A DNA stretch of 64,000 nt from an uncultured delta proteobacterium (GCA_963810935.1 CAWEPK010000010.1:288001-352000); one strand, 5' to 3'. Positions 1-10,890 are shown, numbered from the stretch's first letter. The notes: generated by a model from the sequence alone, not told the origin. Numbers and translations: made by a program.

Positions 1-250
1 GGAGAAAGTCCCTCATGGCTTCCGACGTTATTTCGCAACCGCCCTCATCGAACGTGCCGGCAGGCAGGCCGCTGTGGGCCAGCGCCCCTGCCGGGCATAT
101 GGCGACGCAGTGGCCGCAGAGTGTGCACCTGTCCTGTCGCCGCACTGCCGGGGGCAACCCTGCGTGCAGCCCGGCCTCGATAATGCCTGTGGGGCACTCA
201 TCCACACACCACCCGCAGCCGGTACACCTGCCCGCATCGATTTTCACCAT
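1..250 (-). CDS. Protein with N-terminal 2x[4Fe-4S] ferredoxin domain, probably nitroreductase family (partial, runs off window)
   Basis: Manual translation from ATG at 250: MVKIDAGRCTGCGWCVDECPTG...CTLCGHCVAICPAGAL...EAMRDFL; two CxxCxxCxxxCP motifs; GGGGAGGG RBS; absent from ORF track because no stop lies in the window. Confidence 0.75.
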   Translation of the reverse strand, partial: MVKIDAGRCTGCGWCVDECPTGIIEAGLHAGLPPAVRRQDRCTLCGHCVAICPAGALAHSGLPAGTFDEGGCEITSEAMRDFL

Positions 251-493
251 TTTACGAAGCCCTCCCCTGTCTGCTTCATCGGCCATTCCGGAGATTTTTA
301 CAGATTGCCGGGAAAAAGGCAAAGGATAAAACAACGCCGTCTCCCGTGACATGCCTCTGACAATCGCACGTGAGGGATATAGACTATCGGGAATACAGCA
401 CGTGTCCGGCCCGTTATAGAAGCAGGGCCTTTTCGTGTCTTTAAAAGGGTCCGGGAAAGCGGTATACTAGGGTTGCCAAAGGAGGTGGCTGAT

Positions 494-1009
494 ATGTCTG
501 CCTATTCCGAGATGGTGATGCAGCATTACAAGAGCCCGCGCAACAGGGGAAGGATCGAGGACCCGGACGGTGTCGGCGAAGTCGGCAACCCCGTGTGCGG
601 AGACATGATGACCATCATGATAAAGGTGAAGGAAGACCGCGTTGACGACATCAAGTTCGAGACCTTCGGCTGCGGGGCAGCCGTGGCCGTATCGAGCATC
701 GTCACCGAGATGGCGAAGGGAAAAACGCTCAAAGAAGCGCTTGAGATAAGCACTGAGACCCTGGCGGCCCAGTTGGGGGAGCTGCCGAAGAACGAGCTTC
801 ACTGCTCGAACCTCGGCGCGGATGCCCTACATAAAGCGATCATGGATTATTACGACAGGCAGAAAGGCCGGCAGAAAAAGACGCGAGGGGGAAAAGTTGA
901 ATACCAGCGCGATAGCGGACAGAACTGCTACTGCCCGTATTGCGAGCACGAGCTGCCTTCCGGAGAGCCCCTATGCAGCAACTGCGGGAAATCCACAGAG
1001 GCGGAGTGA
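494..1009 (+). CDS. nifU: Fe-S scaffold NifU/IscU with C-terminal zinc-ribbon extension
   Basis: GNPVCGD, FGCGAA and HCSNL scaffold motifs; GGAGG RBS before ATG 494; C-terminal CPYC...CSNC. Confidence 0.9.
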   Translation: MSAYSEMVMQHYKSPRNRGRIEDPDGVGEVGNPVCGDMMTIMIKVKEDRVDDIKFETFGCGAAVAVSSIVTEMAKGKTLKEALEISTETLAAQLGELPKNELHCSNLGADALHKAIMDYYDRQKGRQKKTRGGKVEYQRDSGQNCYCPYCEHELPSGEPLCSNCGKSTEAE

Positions 1010-1030
1010 CCGGTTGAAAACCATGAGAGG

Positions 1031-2191
1031 ATGACGATGATCTACCTTGACAACATATCGGGGACTCCCCTGCACGCAGACGTAAGGGCAGCCATGGTGC
1101 GATACATGGAAGACGGCTTCGGCAACCCCATCAGCCAGCACAAGGCGGGGGACGCGGCGCTGGGGGCGCTCGAAGGCGCGAGGAAAGAAGTTGCTCATCT
1201 GATAGGGGCGCAGGACGAAGAGATCATTTTTACCTCGGGCGGTACGGAGTCGATCAACCAGGCCGTGAAAGGAGTAGCCTTCGCTATGGGCGGGAAAGGC
1301 CGCCACATAGTTGCGTCGAACATCGAGCACCAGGCCGTGCTGCGTTCTTTGCGCACGTTGATGAGGCTCGGGTACCACGTCACCTCCCTGCCCGTTGACG
1401 AATACGGCCTCGTCGATCCCGCCGACGTGGAGAAGGCGATAACGGACCAGACCGTGCTCGTAAGCATCATGCACGCGAACAACGAGATCGGGACCATCGA
1501 GCCGATCGAAGAAATCGCGAAGATAACGCGCAGCAAGGGCGTGCCGCTCCATACGGATGCGGTCGCTTCCGCGGGCGTTATGCCGGTGGACGTCGAGGCT
1601 TTGGGCGTTGACCTGCTGAGCCTTGCCGCCAACCAGTTTTACGGGCCGTCAGGCGTCGGCGCCCTGTACGTGCGCAAAGGCATCAAGGTGGCCCCCCTGC
1701 TCGACGGCGGCATACAGGAGAACGGGCTCAGGGCAGGGACGCAGAACATGATCGGCATAGTGGGCATGGGAAAAGCCGCGGAGCTCGCCAAGCGCGAGAT
1801 GTCGGCCAGGATGGAGCATCTTTGGGGTTTGAAGAAAAGCTTCCTCAAGCATATAGGGGAGATCGACGAGGTGGACATCAACGGCCACCCGACGAAATGC
1901 CTCCCCCATCTTATCTCCTGCTCCGTGCGCTATGTGGAAGGGGAATCACTGGTGCTCATGCTCGACGAGGAAGGCATCTGCGTCTCGACGCGCTCCGCCT
2001 GTGCAACGGGGTCGCTGCGCGCATCCCATGTCCTTACTTCCATCGGGCGCGACTACGCCTCGACCCAGGGGACCCTCATCTTTTCCTTCGGCATCGAGAA
2101 TACGATGGACGACGTCGACAGGTCGATAGAAGCCCTGAAGCGGAGCGTCGATTTTTTGAGGAGCATGTCGCCGCTCTACCGGAAAAAATAA
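1031..2191 (+). CDS. nifS: Cysteine desulfurase family (NifS/IscS-like); PLP Lys replaced by Gln
   Basis: IYLDN, FTSGGTES, MHANNEIGTI, HTDAV, STRSAC; ANQFYGP where HKFYGP is canonical. Confidence 0.9.
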   Translation: MTMIYLDNISGTPLHADVRAAMVRYMEDGFGNPISQHKAGDAALGALEGARKEVAHLIGAQDEEIIFTSGGTESINQAVKGVAFAMGGKGRHIVASNIEHQAVLRSLRTLMRLGYHVTSLPVDEYGLVDPADVEKAITDQTVLVSIMHANNEIGTIEPIEEIAKITRSKGVPLHTDAVASAGVMPVDVEALGVDLLSLAANQFYGPSGVGALYVRKGIKVAPLLDGGIQENGLRAGTQNMIGIVGMGKAAELAKREMSARMEHLWGLKKSFLKHIGEIDEVDINGHPTKCLPHLISCSVRYVEGESLVLMLDEEGICVSTRSACATGSLRASHVLTSIGRDYASTQGTLIFSFGIENTMDDVDRSIEALKRSVDFLRSMSPLYRKK

Positions 2192-2474
2192 CCGTTTTCG
2201 CTTGCGGCAACAGGCAGGCTTTATCCCTATCATATAAACCTCCTCCGCCAAAAAGGACGAAAACTTGACATTTTAACATTATTCCTTCAAAATAGTCGTG
2301 ATCCGCTAAGTGCGCCCCAGTCCCACACAAAGCTTTCTGAAGCAATAGAAAACGAAAAGATAGACTCAGTTCTACTTGATGCAGACCGATTGTACGGAAC
2401 GGACCGGAAAGGGAATGCCCAGGCAAGACCGGTAAATCCGCAGGAATCGATTTCTAAAAGGAGGCTGAGAAAAG

Positions 2475-4997
2475 ATGGCCGGAACAAGGATCGAAAGCAA
2501 ACCGGAAAGAATACGCTCCCTTGAGGCCGCGGCAGGCAGCCCGCAATCTGCGGCATATGGGCGGGCACCCGTTTGCTGTCCCGGACCGGGGCGGCAGGCA
2601 CAGCAGATGCGCTCCACGCGGAAGGATAAGTGGGCGCAGGGCAGTTTCGAGTTCACGGGGCGGCCTTCCCCAAAAGATCGATCGAACACGCCCGCCCGGG
2701 CGGCAGAGCCTGACATTTATTACAAAACCGTCTTCGAAACGATGACGGAAGGCGCGCTCATTCTCTCGCCCGACGGGGTCATAATCCACAGCAACCCCGG
2801 ATTTTCGGATATTGTCAATCTTCCGCCGCAGAAGCTCGCCGGCACCTCTATTTCCCGGCTCGTCCTGGACGAAGACCGCGCGCTTCTCGAAGGGGTGCTG
2901 AAGAACGGCCGTGAGGACCAGACACAGGCAGAGGTAGTGCGCCTGTCGGCCGGCTCCTGTGTGCGCTCAGTGCGGTTGTCCGCCACCGCCCGGACGATGG
3001 GAGACCAGGCGAGGATCTGCATGGTCGTCACCGACATCACGAGTAGGATGGAGGCCGAGGACGCGCTTAAGCAGACAAAGGACCGGCTCAACCGCGCCGT
3101 CGAGACGCTCCAGGAATCCCAGGCAAAATATATTGAGCTGTTCGAGCATGCAAACGACATCGTGTTCACCCTCGACCTTCAGGGCAAGTTCACGTCGGCT
3201 AACGGCATGACATACCGGAAGCTGGGCCTGGAGCCGAACAGCATCATCGGGAAGAATTTCCACGATATCTTTACGTCGGAACATCCGAAGTTCGCGTCCG
3301 GGCTGATCGAAAGGGTCCTGGCAAACAAGCCGCACCTGCTCGAAGACCAGCCGTGGGAGCTGGAGGCAGCCGCGGCGGACGGCTCGGTCATAAATTTCGA
3401 GATGCGCGCGCATTTCATGCTGGACAAGGAGAGCCTCGTCGGGATCCGCGGCGTAGTCAGGGACATCACGGAGCGCCAGCAGGTAGAAATGGAGCTGAGC
3501 CGGCTTGCCACCGCCATAGAGCAGGCAGTGGAAAGCGTGATCATCCTCGATAAGAACGGCAAGATACAATATGCCAACAAGGCATTCTTCCGCATCAGCG
3601 GCTATTGTAAGGAAGAGGTCCTGGGCAGGACCACGGCCTTTCTGAAAAGCAACAAGAAGGACGACGAGACCTTCTATCGCGGCATGTTGAGCACAGTCAG
3701 CACGAAGAGCGTATGGACCGGCCGCATCTCCAACAGAAAAAAAGACGGGTCGATGTACGAGGCCGAGACGACTATTTCGCCGGTGAGAGACAAGTCTGGT
3801 AAGGTAGTCAACTATGTGGCCGTCGAGAGGGACGTCACGGAAGAGGTAAGACTGGAGCGGCAGTTGAGACAGATGCAGAAAATGGAAGCCATAGGTACGC
3901 TCGCGGGCGGCATAGCCCACGACTTCAACAACATCCTTTCGGCGATCATCGGCTTCTCGGAGATGTCCATCGAGGATATCGACGAAGGACACCCGGCCAA
4001 ACATTACGCCTCCCAGATACTGCGGGCGGCAACGAGGGGAAAGGACCTTGTCCGCCAGATCCTCGTTTTCAGCCATCGAAACGAGGAGGAGCGGAAGCAC
4101 TTCAAGCTGGGCGGCATTATCAAAGAGGCGCTCAGGCTGCTCCGCGCCTCTTTGCCCTCCACCATTGAGATCGCGGAGCATGTGGAGGAGGAATCAGGCG
4201 TCATCTTCGCCTGCCCCACGCAGATACACCAGGTGCTCATGAACCTTTGCACCAACGCGGGCCATGCCATGAGGATAAGGGGCGGCGTTCTCGACGTATC
4301 CCTTTCCGACTTCGTGCTCGACTCGGCGACAGAGGCGCCATATCTAGGGATGGAGCCGGGCTCGTACCTGAAAATATCGGTGGCCGATACGGGCGAAGGA
4401 ATAACCCCCGATATCCTCGACCGTATCTACGATCCGTTTTTCACAACTAAAAGCCCGAGCGAAGGGACCGGCATGGGGCTGGCGGTCGTGCACGGCATCG
4501 TGAAGAGTCACGGAGGCGCCATAACGGTCAAGAGCACGCCCGGAAGGGGCTCCGTCTTCAACGTCTACTTCCCGAGGATCGACCAGACATTCGTCGAGGA
4601 GACGGAGGTACAGCTCGTGCTCAGCACGGGGACCGGGCGGATACTTCTTGTAGACGACGAGGACCTGCTGGTCGAGATGGGTGCATCGATGCTTCAGCGC
4701 CTGGGATACGAGGTGCATGCCGTGCGCGATAGCCTGGAAGCGCTCGAGATCTTCCGCCAGGACCCCACCAGGTTCGACCTCGTTATCACGGATCAGACCA
4801 TGCCGCGTCTGACGGGGACGGAGCTGGCCAGGGAACTGGCCGCCCTAAGGCCCGATATCCCCGTTATCCTCTGCACGGGCTTCAGCGAGATGGTGAGCCG
4901 TGAAACGGCCAAAGACATGGGCATCCGCGATTTCCTGACTAAGCCCGTCTCGCGCAGCGAGCTTGCGGAAAGCATAAGACGCGTGATGGAAAACTAA
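2475..4997 (+). CDS. Multi-PAS hybrid sensor histidine kinase with receiver domain (start uncertain)
   Basis: Three PAS repeats, GIAHDFNN H-box, FFTTK/GTGMGL ATPase boxes, C-terminal LVDDE...TDQTMP receiver. Confidence 0.9.
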   Translation: MAGTRIESKPERIRSLEAAAGSPQSAAYGRAPVCCPGPGRQAQQMRSTRKDKWAQGSFEFTGRPSPKDRSNTPARAAEPDIYYKTVFETMTEGALILSPDGVIIHSNPGFSDIVNLPPQKLAGTSISRLVLDEDRALLEGVLKNGREDQTQAEVVRLSAGSCVRSVRLSATARTMGDQARICMVVTDITSRMEAEDALKQTKDRLNRAVETLQESQAKYIELFEHANDIVFTLDLQGKFTSANGMTYRKLGLEPNSIIGKNFHDIFTSEHPKFASGLIERVLANKPHLLEDQPWELEAAAADGSVINFEMRAHFMLDKESLVGIRGVVRDITERQQVEMELSRLATAIEQAVESVIILDKNGKIQYANKAFFRISGYCKEEVLGRTTAFLKSNKKDDETFYRGMLSTVSTKSVWTGRISNRKKDGSMYEAETTISPVRDKSGKVVNYVAVERDVTEEVRLERQLRQMQKMEAIGTLAGGIAHDFNNILSAIIGFSEMSIEDIDEGHPAKHYASQILRAATRGKDLVRQILVFSHRNEEERKHFKLGGIIKEALRLLRASLPSTIEIAEHVEEESGVIFACPTQIHQVLMNLCTNAGHAMRIRGGVLDVSLSDFVLDSATEAPYLGMEPGSYLKISVADTGEGITPDILDRIYDPFFTTKSPSEGTGMGLAVVHGIVKSHGGAITVKSTPGRGSVFNVYFPRIDQTFVEETEVQLVLSTGTGRILLVDDEDLLVEMGASMLQRLGYEVHAVRDSLEALEIFRQDPTRFDLVITDQTMPRLTGTELARELAALRPDIPVILCTGFSEMVSRETAKDMGIRDFLTKPVSRSELAESIRRVMEN

Positions 4998-5052
4998 AGA
5001 GCAGGTCTGAAAAACCGGTGGCCGGACGGACAGGGGCGGTAAAGGAGGGGCG

Positions 5053-5643
5053 ATGGACATCAAGGGCAAGGCGATCGACATTTGCCTGCGACCTAAGGAA
5101 ATCTGGCCCGAGATCAAGCGGGAGCACTCGGGCTCGAGAGAGCTCTTCGAGTCTTACGCGGCCGTCCTTGCCGGCATGCCGGCCGCCGCCCATCTCATAG
5201 GTGCGACCGTTGTTGGCATCTCTTTCCTGGGCGTCCGCTACCGCGCGCCGTTTATCCCCGCCCTGGGTTACGCGGTCCTCTCCTACTGTTTCTCCCTGGC
5301 CGGGCTTTGCATCTTCGCCCTTGCGGCAGCCAGCCTCGCCCCCAGGTCCGGCTCGGGACATACGTTTCAGAACGCACTGAAGCTGGGCGTTTATTCCTCC
5401 ACGCCTTGCTGGATAGCAGGTGTTCTTTTTGTCGTCCCTGTCCTCATGCCTGTTGTCGTTCTTTTTTCCCTGTACGGCTTCTACCTTCTCTACCTGGGGT
5501 TGCCCGTGCTCATGGAGACGCCGCCAGGGAAAAGGCCTTTCTATCTTGCCTCTCTCATCGCAGTCGGTTTTGTCATCTCCGCAGTTGCCTGCCTACTTGC
5601 GGCCTCATTCTTTCCCCAGGGCCGCAACATAGGCGTCGTCTGA
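5053..5643 (+). CDS. Yip1 family membrane protein
   Basis: P..W..I..E N-terminus, YSSTPxW, LYxxYLLYLGLPVLM motif; GGAGG RBS. Confidence 0.8.
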   Translation: MDIKGKAIDICLRPKEIWPEIKREHSGSRELFESYAAVLAGMPAAAHLIGATVVGISFLGVRYRAPFIPALGYAVLSYCFSLAGLCIFALAAASLAPRSGSGHTFQNALKLGVYSSTPCWIAGVLFVVPVLMPVVVLFSLYGFYLLYLGLPVLMETPPGKRPFYLASLIAVGFVISAVACLLAASFFPQGRNIGVV

Positions 5644-6004
5644 TGCATTCTCTTGGGCCAATAAATCAAGGAGGGGCTCACGACCCGGAATCCGGATCGT
5701 GAGCCTGCGGTTTGGAGAGAAGCATTTGGAGGCGGAAGCGGAAGGCCTCTCGGCCTTATACAGGAGATAAAGCAAGTCGCATGCCGCAACGCAGCCACGT
5801 GCGAATTATCCTGTGCAAACGGCCATTTATGGCCAAGTGCCGTGCGGGCGATCAAAAGCGGTTTGGGCGCTTTCGGTAATAGCCGGTCCTTCTTTGGAGG
5901 CGCAGGGTACCCTGCGGGCAGCGGGACGCCGGCAGACAGGTGCATTTTTCGCCTTCAGGAAACCCGTGTGCTAAAAAAGACGCCGGGTGTGCGGAAAAGG
6001 GCCG

Positions 6005-6331
6005 CTATTCTTCCTCGACCCCGATCTTCCGGCCGTCTCCTCCCGGCGTCCGCCCCTCGTTGATGAAGGCGGCAAAAGGCGTATTGAAGAAGCGAATCTC
6101 GGAATGCTCCTGGTACTCCCTCTGCTTTCCGCTCTTGCCGAGGTCCAGGATCACGCCCTTCAGGACAAGAAAAGCCTCCTTGTCCACGCTCGCCTCTTCG
6201 CACCATCCTTTAAGCGTATCGTCCCCTTCACCGACTACGAACTGATACTTCTTCTTCAGCAGGAGCGCGTTGACGCGCTTCACGTGTTCCCTGTTGCCGA
6301 TGTCCATTATGTATTTTCTTTTGCAGAACAT
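6005..6331 (-). CDS. Hypothetical protein
   Basis: 108-aa ORF with protein-like composition filling an intergenic gap. Confidence 0.5.
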   Translation of the reverse strand: MFCKRKYIMDIGNREHVKRVNALLLKKKYQFVVGEGDDTLKGWCEEASVDKEAFLVLKGVILDLGKSGKQREYQEHSEIRFFNTPFAAFINEGRTPGGDGRKIGVEEE

Positions 6332-6464
6332 AGGAGAAACATGGCCCCGAAACGCAATGATGTCAAGGCGTTATGACAGGGGCCTTTCGGACGAAAAATA
6401 AAATCCGCATGGATAGGGCGAAAAAGTCGTTTCGCGCTCGTTTCGCGGTCTCTAATAGGGCATA

Positions 6465-6485
6465 GGCGGGACTCGAACCCGCATC
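6465..6485 (-). other. Isolated tRNA/tmRNA-like T-arm fragment
   Basis: Minus strand GATGCGGGTTCGAGTCCCGCC; 19/21 identical to the tmRNA T-arm in this window; no full cloverleaf. Confidence 0.4.
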
Positions 6486-6848
6486 GTTAAATCACCTATC
6501 CCCTGTAATTGCAACTGTTTATGAAGATAGAAGCGGCAAAAAACGTCGCCCTGATGTCGCCCCATGGCGACGCCGACCGAGGAAAGTAGGTGCATTCTTT
6601 TTAGGCCGCTCTTACCCACTAAAACCATGGATATTCCAAAATTTTGAGTACACTATAAAGGTCTCGGGATGGATATCACGAAACGATTGCGGATTATAAC
6701 AATGTATTCATGCTCTGCCCGGTAACGCCTGTGCGGGAATCCGGCCACGAAGGCATAGAAAAGGCTTGAGGGACTGGTTGGTGCACCCCTAAACGCAACC
6801 CGCTTTGCCCCCCCTTGAATCCGCATTTTCGCTGGTCTATATTTTTGA

Positions 6849-7238
6849 ATGTCGTCAAGAAGACTTGTATTGGTAGTTGATGATGAATCCATGGTCGAGG
6901 AGATAATCGAGGCGCACGTGGGTGACTTGGGGTGCGAACACGCCTCCTTTAATGATCCGCGATCAGCAATGGCGTTTTTCAGGCACAACTACAAAAACAT
7001 CGATCTCGCAGTTATTGACCTTACCATGCCCGGCATGACCGGCAATCAGATGGCTCAAGAGATGTATGAAATGGCACCTGATCTGCCAATAATCCTTATG
7101 ACGGGTTATTTGACGGTCGATAGCATTAACCCCAATGTCAGCCTTCTTCTTCACAAGCCTATACTGAAGGCGGAACTCATTGAAGCGATGAAGAGATTTC
7201 TCGGCCCTTCGATGTGCGTGGTAGAGGAGGCAGGATAA
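6849..7238 (+). CDS. Single-domain response regulator (receiver)
   Basis: LVVDDE, DLAVIDLTMPGMTG, ILMTG, KP motifs. Confidence 0.85.
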   Translation: MSSRRLVLVVDDESMVEEIIEAHVGDLGCEHASFNDPRSAMAFFRHNYKNIDLAVIDLTMPGMTGNQMAQEMYEMAPDLPIILMTGYLTVDSINPNVSLLLHKPILKAELIEAMKRFLGPSMCVVEEAG

Positions 7239-7444
7239 CGGGAATCAGGTAGACGGAAGTGAACCCCGAGTTGTTCTGGCTAGACGAAGCCCTACGCTTT
7301 CTGATCCCGGTGTGCGTAGCGCTCAATGCCACTCCTACCTGAGAGTCAAAGCAAGTATACCTGCCGTCAATGTTTAGGGCGTTCCCGTGCGTTGCCAGTC
7401 TTGAATCCCTTTACCCGTTTTTCAGGAGCCTGTAAAATAATACC

Positions 7445-10081
7445 ATGACCCACAAACAGCAAACGGGGAAATACCTTTTAGCTGTCTCTCTGGTAGTTGT
7501 TGCGACTGTCCTTCGATGGGCCATGGGGCATTTCTTGGGGACAACGGCCCCGTTCCTAACCTTCTACCCCACCGTCATACTTGTTGTTCTTATATGTGGG
7601 CTTGGCCCCGCCATTGTCACCGTCGTTCTGAGTGGGCTTATAGTCGATTTCCTATTCTTGCCGCCTATCTATTCATTCAAGATCGAACCCCATGGAGATG
7701 CTCCCGCCCTCCTTTTCTTTCTCATGGCCGGGGTATTTCTCGCCATCATAGCCCACCGGCTCAATATTATAAGGATGCTAAACGCACTGAGGCGCTACGA
7801 GCTCCTGGCCGGCAACGCCCGTGACATCGTTCTGTTCATCCGCCGTGGAGACGGTCACATACTGGAAGCCAATCAAGCCGCAACGAACGCATACGGTTAC
7901 AGCCGGGACGAGATTCTCTCACTGACAATATACAATCTGCGGGTTCAGGACAACTATTTACTCACCGACTCCCAGATGGATAAGGCCGATTCATCAGGCA
8001 TTCTGTTCGAAACAAACCATAGGCGAAAGGACGGGACGACTTTTCCCGTGGAAGTCAGTTCACGGGGCGTCTACATCGACGGCGAGCGAGTCCTGTTAAG
8101 CGTGATACGAGACATCACCGAGCGCAAAGAGGCAGAAAACAAGCTTCGAGAGAGCGAAGAGATGCTGGCTCGCGCCCAGCAGATGGCCCATGTAGGCCAC
8201 TGGTGCCGTGAAATCTCCACAGGAAAAGGGCGCTGGTCAGATGAAACCTACCGTATCTTCGGACTCGAGCCACAGGAGTGCGAGCCGACTCGCCAGTTCT
8301 TTCTTGAATGTGTTCACTGCGATGACCGGGCGCGAGTCGATAAGGCCCTCCGTGATGCTGCCGAAGATGTGCAGCCTTACGACGAGATATTTCGGATTGC
8401 CTGTCCTGACGGCAGCGTCCGCTGGGTGCACTCAAAAGGTGAAGTTACCCGTAACCCGGAAGGCAAGCCCTCATTGGTCTTCGGCACAAGCCTCGATATC
8501 ACCGAGCGTAAGCAGATGGAGGAAAAGCTACGCAAGTCTCATGACGAGCTTGAGCAGCGGGTGGCCGACAGAACGGCAGAGCTTGCAAGGCTTGCAGCGG
8601 CTATGAATAGCGCGAGCGAAGGGATCGTCATAATGGATACCGATTGGCGCATAGAATACGTCAACCCCACCTTCACCCGGTTATGCGGCTACGAAAGCGC
8701 AGAGGTCATCGGCAGGGACATAAAGTTTTTCCGTCCTGAAAAGATGGATCACGCAGTGTACGACAGGGTACGAGAATCAGCTAAGTCAGATAAACCCAAC
8801 ATCAATCGTTACCCTTTGAGGAAAAAGGATGGAAGGAACTTTCAAGTAGAGAGCACAATCACACCCATCAAGGACTCCGCCGGGAATATCACAAGCTATG
8901 TGGTCGTATGGAGGGATATAGGCGAGCAGATAGAGCTTGAAGAGCGACTCCGCCAGTCCCAGAAGATGGAAGCCGTCGGCACCCTCGCCGGGGGCATAGC
9001 CCATGACTTCAACAATATGCTCGCCGTCATCATAGGGAACGCTGAGCTTGTTCTCGACGACATAAACGAAGACAGCCCCAAACACAACATCGACCAGATA
9101 TTGAAGGCTTCCAAGAGGTCAAAAGACCTCGTTAAGCAGATTCTTACGTTCACTCGTAAGGACGAACCGCAACGGAAGGAGCAGCACCTTATCCCCCTCA
9201 TTCAAGAGTCTTTCAACCTCCTGAGAGCCTCGATCCCCTCGACTATAGAAATGAAACTCAACATCAAGGCTAAAGCTGACACGGCCAAGGTGAATGAAGC
9301 GCAATTTCAACAGGTGCTGATAAACCTGTGCACAAATGCAGAACACGCCATGAGAGAAACCGGCGGCACTCTCTCAATATCCCTCGAAGATGAAACCCTT
9401 CATCTTGACGGCTCGCATGACTCGGAACCTCATCGATATCTCAGGCTCGCGGTGAGTGATACGGGCGCGGGTATGGACGAGGCGGTGAGAAAAAGGATAT
9501 TTGATCCGTTCTTCACCACCAAGGGTCTCGGAGTGGGGACGGGTATGGGTCTGGCCGTTGTCCACGGCATAGTGCAGTCCCATAATGGTTTCATTTCAGT
9601 TCAGAGTGAACCGGGGAAAGGTTCCACCTTCAGCATCTTGTTTCCCGAGGCCAGAGGTAAGATAGTTTCTGATGTCGAGCCTGAAGTTGCACCCATTGGC
9701 GGAGAAGAACGAATCCTCTTTGTGGATGATGAAATCCCCGTGGTGGAAATGACGACCAGCATACTCAAACGCATGGGGTATGAGGTTATTTCATTCATCG
9801 ACTCTCAAGATGCGCTGGACGCATTTGCCAATGCCCCGGACGATTTTGACCTCGTGATAACCGACCAGACCATGCCGAGAATAACGGGTGTTGAACTGAG
9901 CGAGAGATTGAAAGCAATACGCCCGGATATCCCGGTCCTTCTCTGCACCGGCTACAGCCACGTAGTATCATCCGAGCAAGCGAAGGCTCAGGGGATAGAC
10001 GGCTATGTCATGAAACCGCTCGATAGGCGCGAACTGGCTGAGGCAATACGGAAGGCATTAGATCGGGGGGGCATTTGTTGA
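7445..10081 (+). CDS. Membrane (DUF4118-like) multi-PAS hybrid histidine kinase with receiver
   Basis: N-terminal TM helices, three PAS domains, AHDFNN, FFTTK, receiver FVDDE/TDQTMP. Confidence 0.9.
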   Translation: MTHKQQTGKYLLAVSLVVVATVLRWAMGHFLGTTAPFLTFYPTVILVVLICGLGPAIVTVVLSGLIVDFLFLPPIYSFKIEPHGDAPALLFFLMAGVFLAIIAHRLNIIRMLNALRRYELLAGNARDIVLFIRRGDGHILEANQAATNAYGYSRDEILSLTIYNLRVQDNYLLTDSQMDKADSSGILFETNHRRKDGTTFPVEVSSRGVYIDGERVLLSVIRDITERKEAENKLRESEEMLARAQQMAHVGHWCREISTGKGRWSDETYRIFGLEPQECEPTRQFFLECVHCDDRARVDKALRDAAEDVQPYDEIFRIACPDGSVRWVHSKGEVTRNPEGKPSLVFGTSLDITERKQMEEKLRKSHDELEQRVADRTAELARLAAAMNSASEGIVIMDTDWRIEYVNPTFTRLCGYESAEVIGRDIKFFRPEKMDHAVYDRVRESAKSDKPNINRYPLRKKDGRNFQVESTITPIKDSAGNITSYVVVWRDIGEQIELEERLRQSQKMEAVGTLAGGIAHDFNNMLAVIIGNAELVLDDINEDSPKHNIDQILKASKRSKDLVKQILTFTRKDEPQRKEQHLIPLIQESFNLLRASIPSTIEMKLNIKAKADTAKVNEAQFQQVLINLCTNAEHAMRETGGTLSISLEDETLHLDGSHDSEPHRYLRLAVSDTGAGMDEAVRKRIFDPFFTTKGLGVGTGMGLAVVHGIVQSHNGFISVQSEPGKGSTFSILFPEARGKIVSDVEPEVAPIGGEERILFVDDEIPVVEMTTSILKRMGYEVISFIDSQDALDAFANAPDDFDLVITDQTMPRITGVELSERLKAIRPDIPVLLCTGYSHVVSSEQAKAQGIDGYVMKPLDRRELAEAIRKALDRGGIC

Positions 10082-10437
10082 CTTCTCCGCCTCTTGAGCC
10101 GCCCGCCGATCAGTAACGCATGGGGCTGAGACCCTCTGCACCTGCACCCACCCATGACCCCCTCAAAGAAAACGAACGGTTATAGTCCAGCCCACCGTCG
10201 ATGAAATGGTTTGGCATCCGTGAGGCGATCCATTATCCTTTTATAGCCCACTTGACGTTTTCATCAAACCGCGCAGATAGGAGGGGATTCATAAAGGCAG
10301 CAAGGAAAAGCATTACCGAGCCAGACAGGAACAGAAGTGTCGCCTATCTCCGGGGAGCGACGGACAGAACATAGAGAAGAATAAGGCGGACATTCTTTAT
10401 CTCGCCAACGAGAAGAAAGTGAGCGGACCACCGGCCG

Positions 10438-10890
10438 TCAAGGGCTGAGGATTTTGTGCCAGAACGCCTTTTCCGTGTTGAAGCCGCGGCGGGCCTGGTC
10501 CAGAGGCATCATATGGGCGTCTTGCATGCTCGTGCCTCCCGTCGCTATTTGCAGATTCCCCGCCGCATCGCATAGATAGTAAATCTGCTCGTTGGTCTCG
10601 AATATAAGGGTTGTCATCAGGACGCGTTTCCCCTGATCTATGACATCGATGCGATGCCGGACCGTACGGGCCCGGTCGGTAAAAGACCGGAACACGGAAG
10701 GGACCTGCTCATCTCCGGCGGCCTTTAAACCGAGCAATGCGGCAGTGAAATGGTCGATGCCGGCGCTCGTGCCTTTCTGCAGGACGGCCTGTATCTCCGG
10801 GTCGAGCTCGTTGCCGGAAGCGCTCACCGATAGAAGCGGCAGCCCCAGCATAAGCGCCGCCGATATACCGAGTAAAAGAGCTCTTTTCAT
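10438..10890 (-). CDS. Hypothetical exported protein
   Basis: Signal peptide MKRALLLGISAALMLGLPLLSVSA. Confidence 0.6.
   Translation of the reverse strand: MKRALLLGISAALMLGLPLLSVSASGNELDPEIQAVLQKGTSAGIDHFTAALLGLKAAGDEQVPSVFRSFTDRARTVRHRIDVIDQGKRVLMTTLIFETNEQIYYLCDAAGNLQIATGGTSMQDAHMMPLDQARRGFNTEKAFWHKILSP

Noticed and set aside
5675..5705. Hairpin GGCTCACGA...TCGTGAGCC as an ncRNA
   Set aside because: Single stem-loop after the Yip1 gene with no other support; probably a terminator-like structure.
6440..6540. Intact tRNA gene
   Set aside because: No acceptor stem, D-arm or anticodon arm could be formed around the T-arm.
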